From Paramoeba atlantica (taxonomy: Eukaryota > Protista > Discosea), in NCBI GenBank assembly GCA_977017575.1, contig CDRNVI010000015.1, positions 372,001 to 436,000 of the forward strand: a DNA stretch of 64,000 nt, written 5' to 3'. The notes beneath the pieces were generated by a model that made no database searches, had not been told where the DNA came from, and worked only from the letters and a program-made list of their open reading frames with translations. Below, piece after piece: positions 1 through 10,548 of this stretch (the first letter of the stretch is position 1; every line of letters begins with the position of its first letter). The position numbers and the translations under genes are program-made.

Positions 1-2
1 GC

Positions 3-1205
3 ACCCCCGCCACCCCCCCACTCGGGTCACCCCCTTCCCTCACCCCTCTACGTCAAAACGACCCCTTCCGTTACCCCCACCCCCCCGACCCCCCCTCCCG
101 TACCCCCGAAAAGCCCCACACCACCGCCGTCCTTGGGGCCCAAAACTACCTCGCGGGGTACACCATCCACGCCCTCCTTGAGCGCGGCCATGAGGTCCGG
201 GTCATCGTCCCCGACCCCCCGACCCTCCGACGGCTGCGCCCCCTGCAGCAACGCGCCCGGGACGCCCACCGCCTCTCCCTCCACCTCCTCCCCGCCCCGG
301 GCCCCGATGCGTCCTACGACGAGATCCTCTACGGGGTCGACACCGTGTTCGTTGTCCAGCACGCCGGGGCCGCCCACCTCCCCTCCCCCGGGGCCCTCGA
401 GGCGTTCACCCGGGTCGTCGGGTCCCTCCGGCGGTGCAGGGAGCCCTCCCAGAGGGACCCGCGGCGCGTGGTGCTGACCGGGCCCTCGGTGAGTGCCGCG
501 GGGGGGCGTCCGGGGACCGGGGAGGGGGGTGAGGGTCAAACGGTGTGGGAACCGTTCGAGGAGGTCGCGGCGGAGGCCCGGGTGGAGTGGGTGAGACTAC
601 AGCCCGGGTTGGTGATTGGACCGGTGGGGTGGGGGGATGTGGCGGATGCGACGAGGGTGGTGGAGGATTTGGTGGTGGGTTCGGGGGGGTTTCCGTTTGC
701 CCCGCGGACGGTGTGGAATTTTGTGGATGTGCGGGATTTGGCCGCGGCGAATGTTGCGGCGATGGAGAGTGCGCGGGTGGTACCGTACGCTTCGGTGGTG
801 GGGGCGACGTTGACGTTGCCCCAGATTGGGCGATTTCTTATTCAGCTCTACCCCTCGTTGCGCCCCCCTACCAGGGATGCGCCTCATTGGCTTACGATTG
901 TGCTCACGCTGTGGCGTCACCCCCGGACGAACCTGCGACGGTTGTGGCACAGTCTCGACAATCACCCCTCTGGTCTCGAGGAATCGGAGCAAAAAGATCT
1001 TTGTGTGCGCTATACCCCTTGGCAGCGTACAGTGGAGGATATTGTAGATCAGTTGGTAGCGGAGGAGCTGCTGGTAGTTTCGCCGGAATCCACGAGTTCG
1101 TGGAGTTTTGCGTCGTATGGTGCCGGCATCGCAGCCATTCTTGGAGTGTTGTGCGGTGGTTGGAAGTTTTTAAACTGGCGCAGAAAATATGTGAAATCTG
1201 ATTAA
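3..1205 (+). CDS. Degenerate NAD-dependent epimerase/extended SDR with C-terminal TM, copy A (5' end outside window)
   Basis: Identical to the 3' part of the ORF at 19028-20470. Confidence 0.7.
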   Translation, partial: TPATPPLGSPPSLTPLRQNDPFRYPHPPDPPSRTPEKPHTTAVLGAQNYLAGYTIHALLERGHEVRVIVPDPPTLRRLRPLQQRARDAHRLSLHLLPAPGPDASYDEILYGVDTVFVVQHAGAAHLPSPGALEAFTRVVGSLRRCREPSQRDPRRVVLTGPSVSAAGGRPGTGEGGEGQTVWEPFEEVAAEARVEWVRLQPGLVIGPVGWGDVADATRVVEDLVVGSGGFPFAPRTVWNFVDVRDLAAANVAAMESARVVPYASVVGATLTLPQIGRFLIQLYPSLRPPTRDAPHWLTIVLTLWRHPRTNLRRLWHSLDNHPSGLEESEQKDLCVRYTPWQRTVEDIVDQLVAEELLVVSPESTSSWSFASYGAGIAAILGVLCGGWKFLNWRRKYVKSD

Positions 1206-1467
1206 TTTTATGACGGTGAGGTGGTCTACGGAGAGACGTTTATGTGTTACGCAATGATCTATCCTTGAATGAAAACTTGAATAATATTCAAGATATCGTT
1301 TTCCCTTCTTTTAGAATAAGATGCAAATGCTTCAATTTTTTTACAGACTATTTTTTTAGTAGGCATCATTATGGCTACAGTTAAATATTGCGGACTAACT
1401 ATATTTTACACTACGGAGACAGCCCCTGGTTGGAAGTTTAGTTTCTTTTCCTCGTACTTTTTCTTTC

Positions 1468-2796
1468 ATGTCCGAGCCAGACAAAGCGTTCATTGTCGCG
1501 CAAGAGTGCGAGGAAATCTTTGATGTGGTAGAAACGGCGAATCTCGCTCGAGCCGCTACATTGAGACTCTCGCATGGGTCCGTTCGGGCACCTGTCTTTA
1601 TGCCTGTTGGCACCCAAGGTGCCATCAAGGGCATTACCTTCGATCAGATGAAAACCCAACTAGATTGCGAAATACTGCTTGCCAACACCTACCACCTGGG
1701 CCTGCGTCCCGGAGAGGAACTACTACGTGACGTTGGTGGTCTTCACAAGCTTGCGGGCTGGAACCGTAGTATGCTAACCGACAGCGGGGGGTTCCAAATG
1801 GTTAGTTTACTTCCGTTGGCGAATATTACTGAGGATGGCGTCTCGTTTGCCTCGAGTCATGATGACACCCGACTTCTGTTACGACCAGAGGATAGTATGC
1901 GGATTCAAAACGCAATCGGGGCAGATATTATTATGCAACTGGATGACGTCGTGCACGTGAGAACGACCGGTCCCCGGGTGGAGGAAGCCATGCACCGTAG
2001 CATTCGCTGGCTCGACCGCTGCATTGCCTCGCACCAAGCCCCCAAATCACAGCACCTTTTTGCGATTATACAAGGGGGTACGGACCTCGATCTACGTTCC
2101 CACTGTGTTCGTGAAATGACCCGTCGGAACTGTCCTGGGTATGCCATCGGGGGACTGAGCGGGGGAGAGGCGAAGGAAGTGTTCTGGCGGGTCGTCGCCC
2201 GTTGTACGGCAGAGCTGCCTCGGGACAAGCCTCGATATGTCATGGGGGTGGGCTACCCTGTGGACATTGTCGTGTGCGTCGCACTGGGTGCAGACATGTT
2301 TGATTGTGTCTACCCGACCCGAACGGCGCGGTTTGGGACCGCACTCACCTCACGTGGGTTGATTCATATTGGAAAGCCTCACTACGCCGCGGATTGCGGG
2401 CCACTTGAATCCGGGTGCACCTGCGTGACATGCTGCAGATTTACTCGACAACAGTTACACAAAATGTCGAAGCAGGGAGGAGTAATTGGGAGCCTTCTTT
2501 CTTTACACAACCTCCATTATATGCTTACTTTGATGCGCGCGATGCGTCAGTCCATAGTGTCGAAATCTTTTTCCAGATTTGTTACACATTTTATGGTGGA
2601 TTATTTTTCCGCAGAAGAGGAGCAATTTCTGTCGAAAATCGAAATATCTACGAACTGTTCTTCCAGAGGCACAATTTCTTCTGAAAGATATCAAGATAGG
2701 TACATTCCGGAATGGGTATATGAAGCTCTCTCGTATGCAGGCATCGATTTACGAAGCGAAATAATGAGCTTAAAACCGGAGAATGTCAGAAGGTAA
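1468..2796 (+). CDS. QTRT1: Queuine tRNA-ribosyltransferase catalytic subunit (copy A)
   Basis: FMPVGT, NTYHL, TDSGGFQ, MQLDD, IIQGG, AIGGLSGGE, PRYVMGVG, DMFDCVYPTR and CxCxxC...H zinc site. Confidence 0.96.
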   Translation: MSEPDKAFIVAQECEEIFDVVETANLARAATLRLSHGSVRAPVFMPVGTQGAIKGITFDQMKTQLDCEILLANTYHLGLRPGEELLRDVGGLHKLAGWNRSMLTDSGGFQMVSLLPLANITEDGVSFASSHDDTRLLLRPEDSMRIQNAIGADIIMQLDDVVHVRTTGPRVEEAMHRSIRWLDRCIASHQAPKSQHLFAIIQGGTDLDLRSHCVREMTRRNCPGYAIGGLSGGEAKEVFWRVVARCTAELPRDKPRYVMGVGYPVDIVVCVALGADMFDCVYPTRTARFGTALTSRGLIHIGKPHYAADCGPLESGCTCVTCCRFTRQQLHKMSKQGGVIGSLLSLHNLHYMLTLMRAMRQSIVSKSFSRFVTHFMVDYFSAEEEQFLSKIEISTNCSSRGTISSERYQDRYIPEWVYEALSYAGIDLRSEIMSLKPENVRR

Positions 2797-3227
2797 CATC
2801 TGTGTCATGACTGGCAACCCTAGAGAAAATCTTTGGTAGGGTTAATAAAAAAATGAGCTATCAATTTGTGTTTCTTAATTTGAAAAATTGGAGCCTTGAT
2901 TCTTGCATACACCCTCCCACTATGGATAATCTTCCCTTCTTCCTTACATCTCCAAATTCGAAATTTTGTTTATTCGATTTTGACTCAATTGAATTTCCTC
3001 TTCTATTTGCTCTCGCAATACTTAGGGAGACTATAACTCTTGCTACACATTAGTAATACTGTATACTACTGTACCGTTACGCGACATTTGATGATCGGTG
3101 ATAGAGTGGTAGCTAAATCATCACAATGTTAAAGTACTTCAGTCATTTAACATTAACCTATTTACAACGTATACTTTTTTGGGATGTATAAGTTTACTTA
3201 GAACAAGCACGTATCACAATATTCTTG

Positions 3228-3836
3228 ATGGAGAACCTCATAGGCATCGCGTTTGAAAGTCATATTGTTCTTGCTGCTAGCGCACAAGAAACATTTCATT
3301 ATATACAACTACACAACGAGGCGGACAAACTATTTCCAATCGATGAAAATAAGATTCTTGCCGTCGCGGGAACGAACGCTCATCGTACTAATTTAGTGGA
3401 GTACATACATCGTAACCTGGAGCTAACCAAATTACGCGCGCATGGTGTGAAGAAAAGCACACATGCTACGGCACATTTCATCCGAGGAGAGCTCGCTTCC
3501 GCTCTTCGAAGCGAGGAAGGACCATACGAATGTTTTCTGATCTTGGCTGGATGTGAATCGGGTGGAAAGTCAGATGGAAGCCCAAAATCGAGTCTTTATT
3601 TTCTTGATTATTTGGGCACTATTCAGAAAGTTCCGTATTGTTGTCACGGTTACGGCGCTACCTTTGCAACCGCAATTTTGGATCGATACTACCGCCGAGA
3701 CATGACAGTTGAAGAAAGTCTTGAATTACTGAAAAAATGTATGGATGAAATTCGGCAACGAATCATTATCAATAACGAAAAATTTGTAGTGAAAGTATTG
3801 AAAGAAGGTGGACTCGACTCTGTGGAGAGTTACTAA
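3228..3836 (+). CDS. PSMB2: 20S proteasome beta-4 (PSMB2/PRE1-type) subunit (copy A)
   Basis: MENLIGIA start, HGYGATF, ILDRYYRRDMT, ELLKKCMDEIRQR. Confidence 0.88.
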   Translation: MENLIGIAFESHIVLAASAQETFHYIQLHNEADKLFPIDENKILAVAGTNAHRTNLVEYIHRNLELTKLRAHGVKKSTHATAHFIRGELASALRSEEGPYECFLILAGCESGGKSDGSPKSSLYFLDYLGTIQKVPYCCHGYGATFATAILDRYYRRDMTVEESLELLKKCMDEIRQRIIINNEKFVVKVLKEGGLDSVESY

Positions 3837-4270
3837 ATCTTTTGAATAAACTAATTTTAGCTTCTAAACAGGGGTGCGATGCCTCAAACACTTTCTTCGA
3901 AAGTGCAACATACCGAGAGAATTTTCTGCTGAGCAAATGGTTACTATTTATGATGATGGTCTTGATAATCTTTGAATCTTTCATTAGGAAAGAGAATACT
4001 CCAAGAGTATCCCCTTTTGGCCAAATAGTTACATGGTTTTTTGTTCTTTTCTTGAAAGCATTATTTTTTAGCATCATGTGTTTGGTAAAACTTTTTTGCT
4101 GAATAATTCAAAAATACCACGCCTTAAACGTCTTTATGTAGTAAACTCTAAGTACGTAAGTTTGGTACCATTAATTTTTCCTCATCAATCCATATGACGA
4201 TCCACGCTGTACGCATTCATTGGTCAACCTATTGGTAGTGAGCAGGTTCCTTGCCTCTTCCACTATCAAA

Positions 4271-4483
4271 ATGGATATATTTAAACCCAAGCAAATATTA
4301 TCTAACCTAGGAACACCTCGGATACTGGAAGATCTGTTGAGCGATATTCTCGTTGAAACCCCGGATGATGTGTTTCTCTTTATCTCAGAATGGTCAAAGC
4401 TTCGACTGCGAAAATTTGAAATGCAGAAAAGTGCGGCAGAAAATATGATTCCGAGAACACAAACCCCAGAGTGCGACCGCTGA
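4271..4483 (+). CDS. Small RIIa/Dpy-30-like dimerisation-docking domain protein (copy A)
   Basis: ILEDLLSDILVETPDDVFLFISEW resembles the D/D motif; ATG at 4271. Confidence 0.5.
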   Translation: MDIFKPKQILSNLGTPRILEDLLSDILVETPDDVFLFISEWSKLRLRKFEMQKSAAENMIPRTQTPECDR

Positions 4484-4673
4484 TACGTGCATCGATACCT
4501 AAAAAAATGATCCCCGCTTTTTAGTGTGTACAATAATTTTTGCGAGAGATTTGAAAAGATTAAATCTTTAAGATTTCGAAAGTTGTTTAATTCTTCTTTC
4601 TTTTGAAAATTGTTTAATTAGATTAAATTTCTCCTTTTTTAATAAAGCGAAAAACGTTTTTTAAGTCTTTCTC

Positions 4674-5342
4674 ATGGACGAGCACCAGAGAAATGTCACC
4701 GAGTCCGAAGTCCCGCAGCCGTCTAAGTTTTTGAATGTGGCCCGGAAGGCATGGATTTCATCTCTACGTTTGTCTGCCATTGTTCTCAATTGCTTGCTTC
4801 CCGTTTACTGTGTACTTGGACTCATTGGACATCTTTTTGACGTTGTGACCTTAGTTTTACACATCTACATTGCATTGTTATCTTCTTTGTGCCTTGCATG
4901 CGAACTCCGATTTATTTCTTTCATTCGCCGCATAGCTTATCCCATACTTCGATGGATCTATTTTCTTACATTTCACGAAACTCGGGGAGCATTTTACATT
5001 TTTTTGGGCACTTTAATGTGCAAACGCAGCTCTGCGATTAGCCTAGTCTTTGCTGTAGCACTGATGGTTGTGGGATTGTTGTGGATAGTATTGAACCGTC
5101 TCTATCAACTAGATTATCCTGTTGATTCACAGATAAAGCAATCTCTTGGCGAAGTGAGCGAAAACGTCATATCACAGGAAACTATGGAGAAAACCTTTGA
5201 GACAGTTCTTACTCGATTTCACAAAACACGAGCAAGATTGTCGAAAGATGATTCAGGTGTAGAAAAAAGTTCACATTCTTCATGCGGAGAATCGCAGAAT
5301 GTCAATTCATCTTCAATTGCGGTGAACATTAGCAATGATTAA
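4674..5342 (+). CDS. COPI-associated / TVP15-like Golgi membrane protein (copy A)
   Basis: 3-4 TM segments; FLTFHETRGAFYIFLG matches the FL...RG.FY.F.G family motif. Confidence 0.7.
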   Translation: MDEHQRNVTESEVPQPSKFLNVARKAWISSLRLSAIVLNCLLPVYCVLGLIGHLFDVVTLVLHIYIALLSSLCLACELRFISFIRRIAYPILRWIYFLTFHETRGAFYIFLGTLMCKRSSAISLVFAVALMVVGLLWIVLNRLYQLDYPVDSQIKQSLGEVSENVISQETMEKTFETVLTRFHKTRARLSKDDSGVEKSSHSSCGESQNVNSSSIAVNISND

Positions 5343-5849
5343 CCGATTCTTGTTGTCATTTTGGGATATTTTTTTCTAAGAATTTCAAGGATGCTGATGG
5401 CCTTAGGAACGGCCATACAGAAGGGTAGTGCCCATATAGTGCAGGCGGCGGTACATGATTGGTACCACTGCGTCGTGCGTTAACTGGGCCGGGGATTACA
5501 AAGGAAAGGAAGCTAAGAATACTTTTTCTCACAATGTTAGGAACATTGTGACTGCGCTTCAAGTTACTTGAGACAATTTAGTAAAAAATGAATCATCTCA
5601 TTGAGCAATAATTTTAGGAACTTGTTTCGAGTTTCTTAGTTTTCAAGTGGAATATTCGTAGTTCGTTTTTTTACATACATTTATTTGTAACATGTAACTT
5701 TACATGTTGGTAAGTTATCTAGGTTTAGAAAACGCGGGAACTTTATTAAGATTTGAAATAACGTATTTTGTCTGCTGACCAAACCACTTTTATCGCAGAT
5801 TACTTCTCGTGTGACTCGCAATCTCTAAAATAGAAACTAAGTTGTATAA

Positions 5850-8324
5850 ATGTTGTTCGATGGTTTACATTTTGCGCTTACGGGAAGGGGCAAGGATGTG
5901 CGAAATGTTCGGGATCTTATTATTTCCCAAGGGGGGAAGATTTTACCGAAGGAAACATCCACGATCAAGGCTTTAATAGTAAGTAGCGTTGCACCAAGCG
6001 TTAAAAAGATAGCTTTATCCGAAGCTTTAGGCGTTCCCTGCGTTACGGCCTCCTGGGTATCAGATTCCATTGCTGTTGGAAGCATCCAACCCGTGAAGAA
6101 ATACTCAATTGAAAATTCTTCTATTCACAAGTGCAACGACTCGTTGAGCGCAGACGTTCAACCTATCGAACTTATTCTAAAATCGACTCCACCCACTAAA
6201 AGTAGTCGATTGAATTTCGCAGACAGAAGGGTCATTCATGGTTCATCGACTAAAACTTCGAACAGGAAAATAAGGAAAAACGTTCTTTTACACGATGAAT
6301 GTAGCAATACTTTTGAAGCAAGGTTATCACAACAACTAGACATCGGACACAAAAAGCATTCTGGGGTAACTAAAAACCGTGAAGATTTTTCTCTTTCACA
6401 GCATTCGAACGATCCAAAATGCATGAAAGTGATTACTGCCACTGAGTTTTGCTCAAGGCTCGGCCAGGAACCCAAAAGGGAACATAGTCGTCAATGCGCG
6501 GCGCCTTCCCTTTTTTCACATGAAAAAGCATTACAGATGTCTCGGCCGTCAGCGCATATTCCTGAGGAGCCTATTGCTTCTCCCGAAGAGCAAACACAGC
6601 GCCCGTTGCGTTTGTCCACAGCGCTTCCTGTCATGCCTTCGTCAAGGTGCAACTTTAACCAAAAAATACAGGCGTGCAGCACTAATCCGATAGGCAAATC
6701 CAAGTGTTTTGATCGTGAAGGGGAAAATCATGATCTAAAAATCTTGAATACTGCCTCAGTCAAGTCTAACGTTACCTCGCGTACAGAACTCTATGTTCCT
6801 CCCGATAATTTTGGTCCTAACGACAAGAAAAAATCTGCAATGGACGCTCAAAAAGTGTCTCATTTGATGACAGGTCCCAGAAAATCATTAATTTCTCGCA
6901 AACCTTCTCTTCGCAATCTTAATCAGGCAAGTTCGGACGAACTTGCCGTCGCCGAGCTGAGAACTTCCACCGAGAGCGACTGTTCTGTGAGAAGAAATAC
7001 AAGGAAGCCTTCTCCTCCTTCTGTAACAACTAATGGCTTAGAAGATTGTTTTCCACCTCGTCCATCTCCATACCTCTCTCGCGCACCACCACCTCTTCCA
7101 TCTCGCCTTCATACACGTTCAGGGTATCGTTCTCAGTCCGCACTGGAAAAAACAAGAAGTACTGCGGCGGATACCACCACAGGAAGTACGGCTCCTCACG
7201 CCAACGTTCACAGAGATTCTACACGACTAGGATTTCACAAACCATTCCCCTCAGGAAGCTATAATGTAAACTCTAGAGCAGACGTTTCTTCTAACAATCG
7301 TCTTCTAACACGCACTGCAACCAGGAAACCGATTGTACCTAAGCAAACAGGAACAGGGGAGCGAAAGAAAGCGGATCTCCAATCTCAAGGAGATTTGGCA
7401 AGAAACGTATTGGAGCACCCCGCAGGCAGAGCTTTGGATCCGGAGTCTGTAGCACAAATACTACTCCAAATTGTAGACAATGCCCTACCTGTTACATTCG
7501 AGTCGATATCTGGTTTAGAACATTGCAAGCAAATATTGCGAGAATCTGTTATTTTGCCCTCGAAACGACCCGAGTTATTCACTGGCTTGCGTCGACCATG
7601 TGCAGCGCTTTTACTGTTTGGTCCACCGGGAAACGGAAAAACTATGTTAGCTAAAGCAATTGCATGTGAGTGTAAGACTACGTTTTTCAACATAAGTGCC
7701 AGTGCCATTGCTTCCAAATGGGTCGGAGATTCGGAAAAATTAGTTCGCGCTCTCTTCGGCACTGCAAGAGCATTGTCGCCATCGACAATATTTATAGACG
7801 AAATTGACAGCATGCTACAAGTCCGAGGATCTTCAAATGAACTCGAAGGATCACGTCGCCTAAAAACAGAGTTTCTGGTACAAATGGATGGGGCAGGTAA
7901 CGATTACAGCCAATATCGCGTCATGGTCATGGGTGCTACGAATCGTCCGTACGATTTGGATGATGCCGTTTTGCGTCGATTTCCAAAACGTGTCATGGTA
8001 CCTTTGCCGGGATGCGACACACGAAAATCAATGCTTTCAAATTTACTCAAGGAAGAAAAGTGTACTTTCGATTCTGGGGATTGGGAAAAACTTTCAAAAT
8101 TGACCGAACATTATAGTGCGAGTGATCTCTCACAGTTATGCAAGGATATGGCGCTATCTCCGATTCGTGATCTGGGAGCTCGAGCGCTGGAGGTCGAGAT
8201 AGCGGACCTACGAGCCATCAATTTTAATGATGCACTGGAGTGTTTGAAGACGATACGTCCATCCACAAGTACATCTATGCTTGAAAGACTGGCTACGTGG
8301 AATCAGGAATATGGATCACGATAG
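5850..8324 (+). CDS. BRCT-domain + spastin/fidgetin/katanin-type AAA ATPase (copy A)
   Basis: N-terminal BRCT (LFDGLHFALTG...GG...VTASWVSDSI); Walker A GPPGNGKT; Walker B IFIDEID; SRH ATNRPYDLDDAVLRRF; C-terminal IRPS...W. Confidence 0.9.
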   Translation: MLFDGLHFALTGRGKDVRNVRDLIISQGGKILPKETSTIKALIVSSVAPSVKKIALSEALGVPCVTASWVSDSIAVGSIQPVKKYSIENSSIHKCNDSLSADVQPIELILKSTPPTKSSRLNFADRRVIHGSSTKTSNRKIRKNVLLHDECSNTFEARLSQQLDIGHKKHSGVTKNREDFSLSQHSNDPKCMKVITATEFCSRLGQEPKREHSRQCAAPSLFSHEKALQMSRPSAHIPEEPIASPEEQTQRPLRLSTALPVMPSSRCNFNQKIQACSTNPIGKSKCFDREGENHDLKILNTASVKSNVTSRTELYVPPDNFGPNDKKKSAMDAQKVSHLMTGPRKSLISRKPSLRNLNQASSDELAVAELRTSTESDCSVRRNTRKPSPPSVTTNGLEDCFPPRPSPYLSRAPPPLPSRLHTRSGYRSQSALEKTRSTAADTTTGSTAPHANVHRDSTRLGFHKPFPSGSYNVNSRADVSSNNRLLTRTATRKPIVPKQTGTGERKKADLQSQGDLARNVLEHPAGRALDPESVAQILLQIVDNALPVTFESISGLEHCKQILRESVILPSKRPELFTGLRRPCAALLLFGPPGNGKTMLAKAIACECKTTFFNISASAIASKWVGDSEKLVRALFGTARALSPSTIFIDEIDSMLQVRGSSNELEGSRRLKTEFLVQMDGAGNDYSQYRVMVMGATNRPYDLDDAVLRRFPKRVMVPLPGCDTRKSMLSNLLKEEKCTFDSGDWEKLSKLTEHYSASDLSQLCKDMALSPIRDLGARALEVEIADLRAINFNDALECLKTIRPSTSTSMLERLATWNQEYGSR

Positions 8325-8554
8325 GAATATTTTATATCACCATAGCATGAATAAACACAAGTACATTGTATACATGCACCAGACGCTTTTTTTGTTTTCC
8401 CATCTAAAATAAGAATAATTTTGGGAATGCAAAATATGCTTGCATGTGCATATCTGATCAATGTTGTCCACCAATTTACATTGTATTATAACAATTACCC
8501 TTCAAGCATTATATTCACTAGTTACATCGTGATAGCGCTCAATCATTGACAATA

Positions 8555-10246
8555 ATGACTAACCAAGAAAAGCCTCTAACGGGAAGCCCACCGCACGAAT
8601 TATGGTCCTCGTGCGTTGAGGCTGAAAATCCTTCTATGCCATCACACGCTTACACATCGGCACAACACTTGTCTGACGCTTCTACCTCCTACGAAAGCAA
8701 TTTAGACAGCGTCATACAATCTCCTCTTTCCTCGTCTACGCGATCGCTTTCCATGTCTTCTCAGGATTCAAGGAGGGGTTTGATTAATGATTTGGAAAGA
8801 ACAAGTGGATTCGCCAAAAGGAAAAACATCTCAACGAACGCATCAATATACTCGGAACCTTCCGCATCTCCCAACGAAAATTATGATGAATTTCCCAATT
8901 TTCAACCGGGTTCTCCTTGTGCTTTACAAAGCTTTGATGTAAAAGAAGCTAATAGCCATTCTAGAGGCGCGTGTCTCTCTACGAAATCAGAGATCGGTTT
9001 GTGCAAACCATTACTGTCTACTCATCGACGGCCATTGGCGAATTCAACCCCTAACCAGAATATGGACTCGCTAGATTCTTCCTCTCGACTAGAGATCCAG
9101 CACAGTACGGCGAGCCCGATCCACATTACAGATGGAAAACCTTTTCTTCGACATTCGCATGGCACACGAACGCGAGGAACTAACCATCGCCCTCCCAATC
9201 GTGAGCCGAGAAATAGACATCGCAAAAACTTCCGTCCACCTGGGCGATCTTCTTCCTTTGGGGGAAAAGTAGCAGTGATGTGCGTTTCGGATGCTATTGA
9301 TATTACGGAATTAGAAGGTCTATTTAAGGAAAACGATTACGTTACCTATCTTCGTGATGAGGTGCTTCATGTCACTAACATACGCGGGTATTCTAGTCCA
9401 CTTCCTGAGAGTGATCAGGATCCACGTTTTGACTTGTTCATATTTCCGTATGGATCCATTGTATGGTGGGGAACAGATATGGATTCTTACCGCCTCGTTG
9501 TGGAACGCGATTTTTTGGTTCCGCACAATCCGTATCTACACGGTTTATCGTCGTCGCGCAGCAACTCTACTACTCAAGACTACATTAAGGAACGATATAG
9601 CCAGCGGACTTTGGAAGAACTCTTTCCTCTTTGGCTGACATTTACCGTTCGGGAATCTAAAGAGGAGAGTAGTGATGATCTCCCTTTAGCTGCATTCATC
9701 CAAGAGCTTCAACATGATCACGTACTTCTCCAATCACATCTTCCTGCGTACAAACAATCCATCAGCCACGCCTTAGCCCAGAGTGCGAAATTGGATGTCT
9801 TGGAACCTCTTGTCGCAGAGTTGTTGTTCTTCTGCAAACCCTTACCTCTGCAACTTTCAATGAAAGGACGTGCTCAAATATCACCTAAAAAAGTAAATCA
9901 GCTCAAAGGTGAGCTCTTTCTTTACCGTATGGTTCTTCGTGATGTTCTAGATGAACCAGACTTCTTGTGGGAATTTAGTTGGTTTTCTCCTTTTTACGAC
10001 ATGGTGAAAGAAGATTACAGTATCGAGACTCGTGTGCTTTTTCTTGAAGAAAAACTTGAAGGCGTTCATGATATACTTCAAATGTTGGGCATGCAATTTT
10101 CTCAACAGCACAACACTCGACTCGAGTGGATCATAATACTTCTCATAGTTGCTGCTGTTGTAATTGCAGTTTTTCAACTGTGGGTGCAAGTGAAAAGGAT
10201 AGCCAGAATGAAGCACCATCTTACCTCCCTTACTCTCTCAACTTAA
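8555..10246 (+). CDS. RMD1/DUF155 family protein, paralogue 1 (copy A)
   Basis: FIFPYGSIVWWG, ISHALAQSAKL, GELFLYR, LDEPDFLWE, R..LEWIIILLI C-terminal TM. Confidence 0.88.
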   Translation: MTNQEKPLTGSPPHELWSSCVEAENPSMPSHAYTSAQHLSDASTSYESNLDSVIQSPLSSSTRSLSMSSQDSRRGLINDLERTSGFAKRKNISTNASIYSEPSASPNENYDEFPNFQPGSPCALQSFDVKEANSHSRGACLSTKSEIGLCKPLLSTHRRPLANSTPNQNMDSLDSSSRLEIQHSTASPIHITDGKPFLRHSHGTRTRGTNHRPPNREPRNRHRKNFRPPGRSSSFGGKVAVMCVSDAIDITELEGLFKENDYVTYLRDEVLHVTNIRGYSSPLPESDQDPRFDLFIFPYGSIVWWGTDMDSYRLVVERDFLVPHNPYLHGLSSSRSNSTTQDYIKERYSQRTLEELFPLWLTFTVRESKEESSDDLPLAAFIQELQHDHVLLQSHLPAYKQSISHALAQSAKLDVLEPLVAELLFFCKPLPLQLSMKGRAQISPKKVNQLKGELFLYRMVLRDVLDEPDFLWEFSWFSPFYDMVKEDYSIETRVLFLEEKLEGVHDILQMLGMQFSQQHNTRLEWIIILLIVAAVVIAVFQLWVQVKRIARMKHHLTSLTLST

Positions 10247-10548
10247 GGATAAAAAAAATGCTAACATTCGAATCGCGGTTTGATGCCTTTAATTCTGTGT
10301 ACTCATTGAAATGATACATTTCTTGAAATGTTAAATGATTATAATGGTAGGCTGAATTACCGACATTACTTTGATTATAGGATGTATGTTGACGAATCGA
10401 TGACTTTCGTTCAATAAAAAAATGTAACTTACACTTAGTTTTTCAACAAATTTTCATTCTATTTTTGCAAAAGATATTCTATTTGAGATTCGCATGATAT
10501 TTGTTACTCCGGTTCTCAATTCGTGATCGTTCGCAGTACAAGACTGAA

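Noticed and set aside
48-1047. Many overlapping ORFs on both strands in the GC-rich SDR gene (and at 19313-20466)
   Set aside because: By-products of extreme GC content and skew; low-complexity translations with no domain signal.
3842-4102. 86-aa hydrophobic ORF after PSMB2 (and copy)
   Set aside because: Starts at TTG, T-rich UTR-like composition explains the hydrophobicity, no motif.
5508-5517. GGAAGCTAAG, as in the L1Tc/ingi HDV-like ribozyme signature
   Set aside because: No P1/P2/P3 pseudoknot could be built around it; a 10-nt match only.
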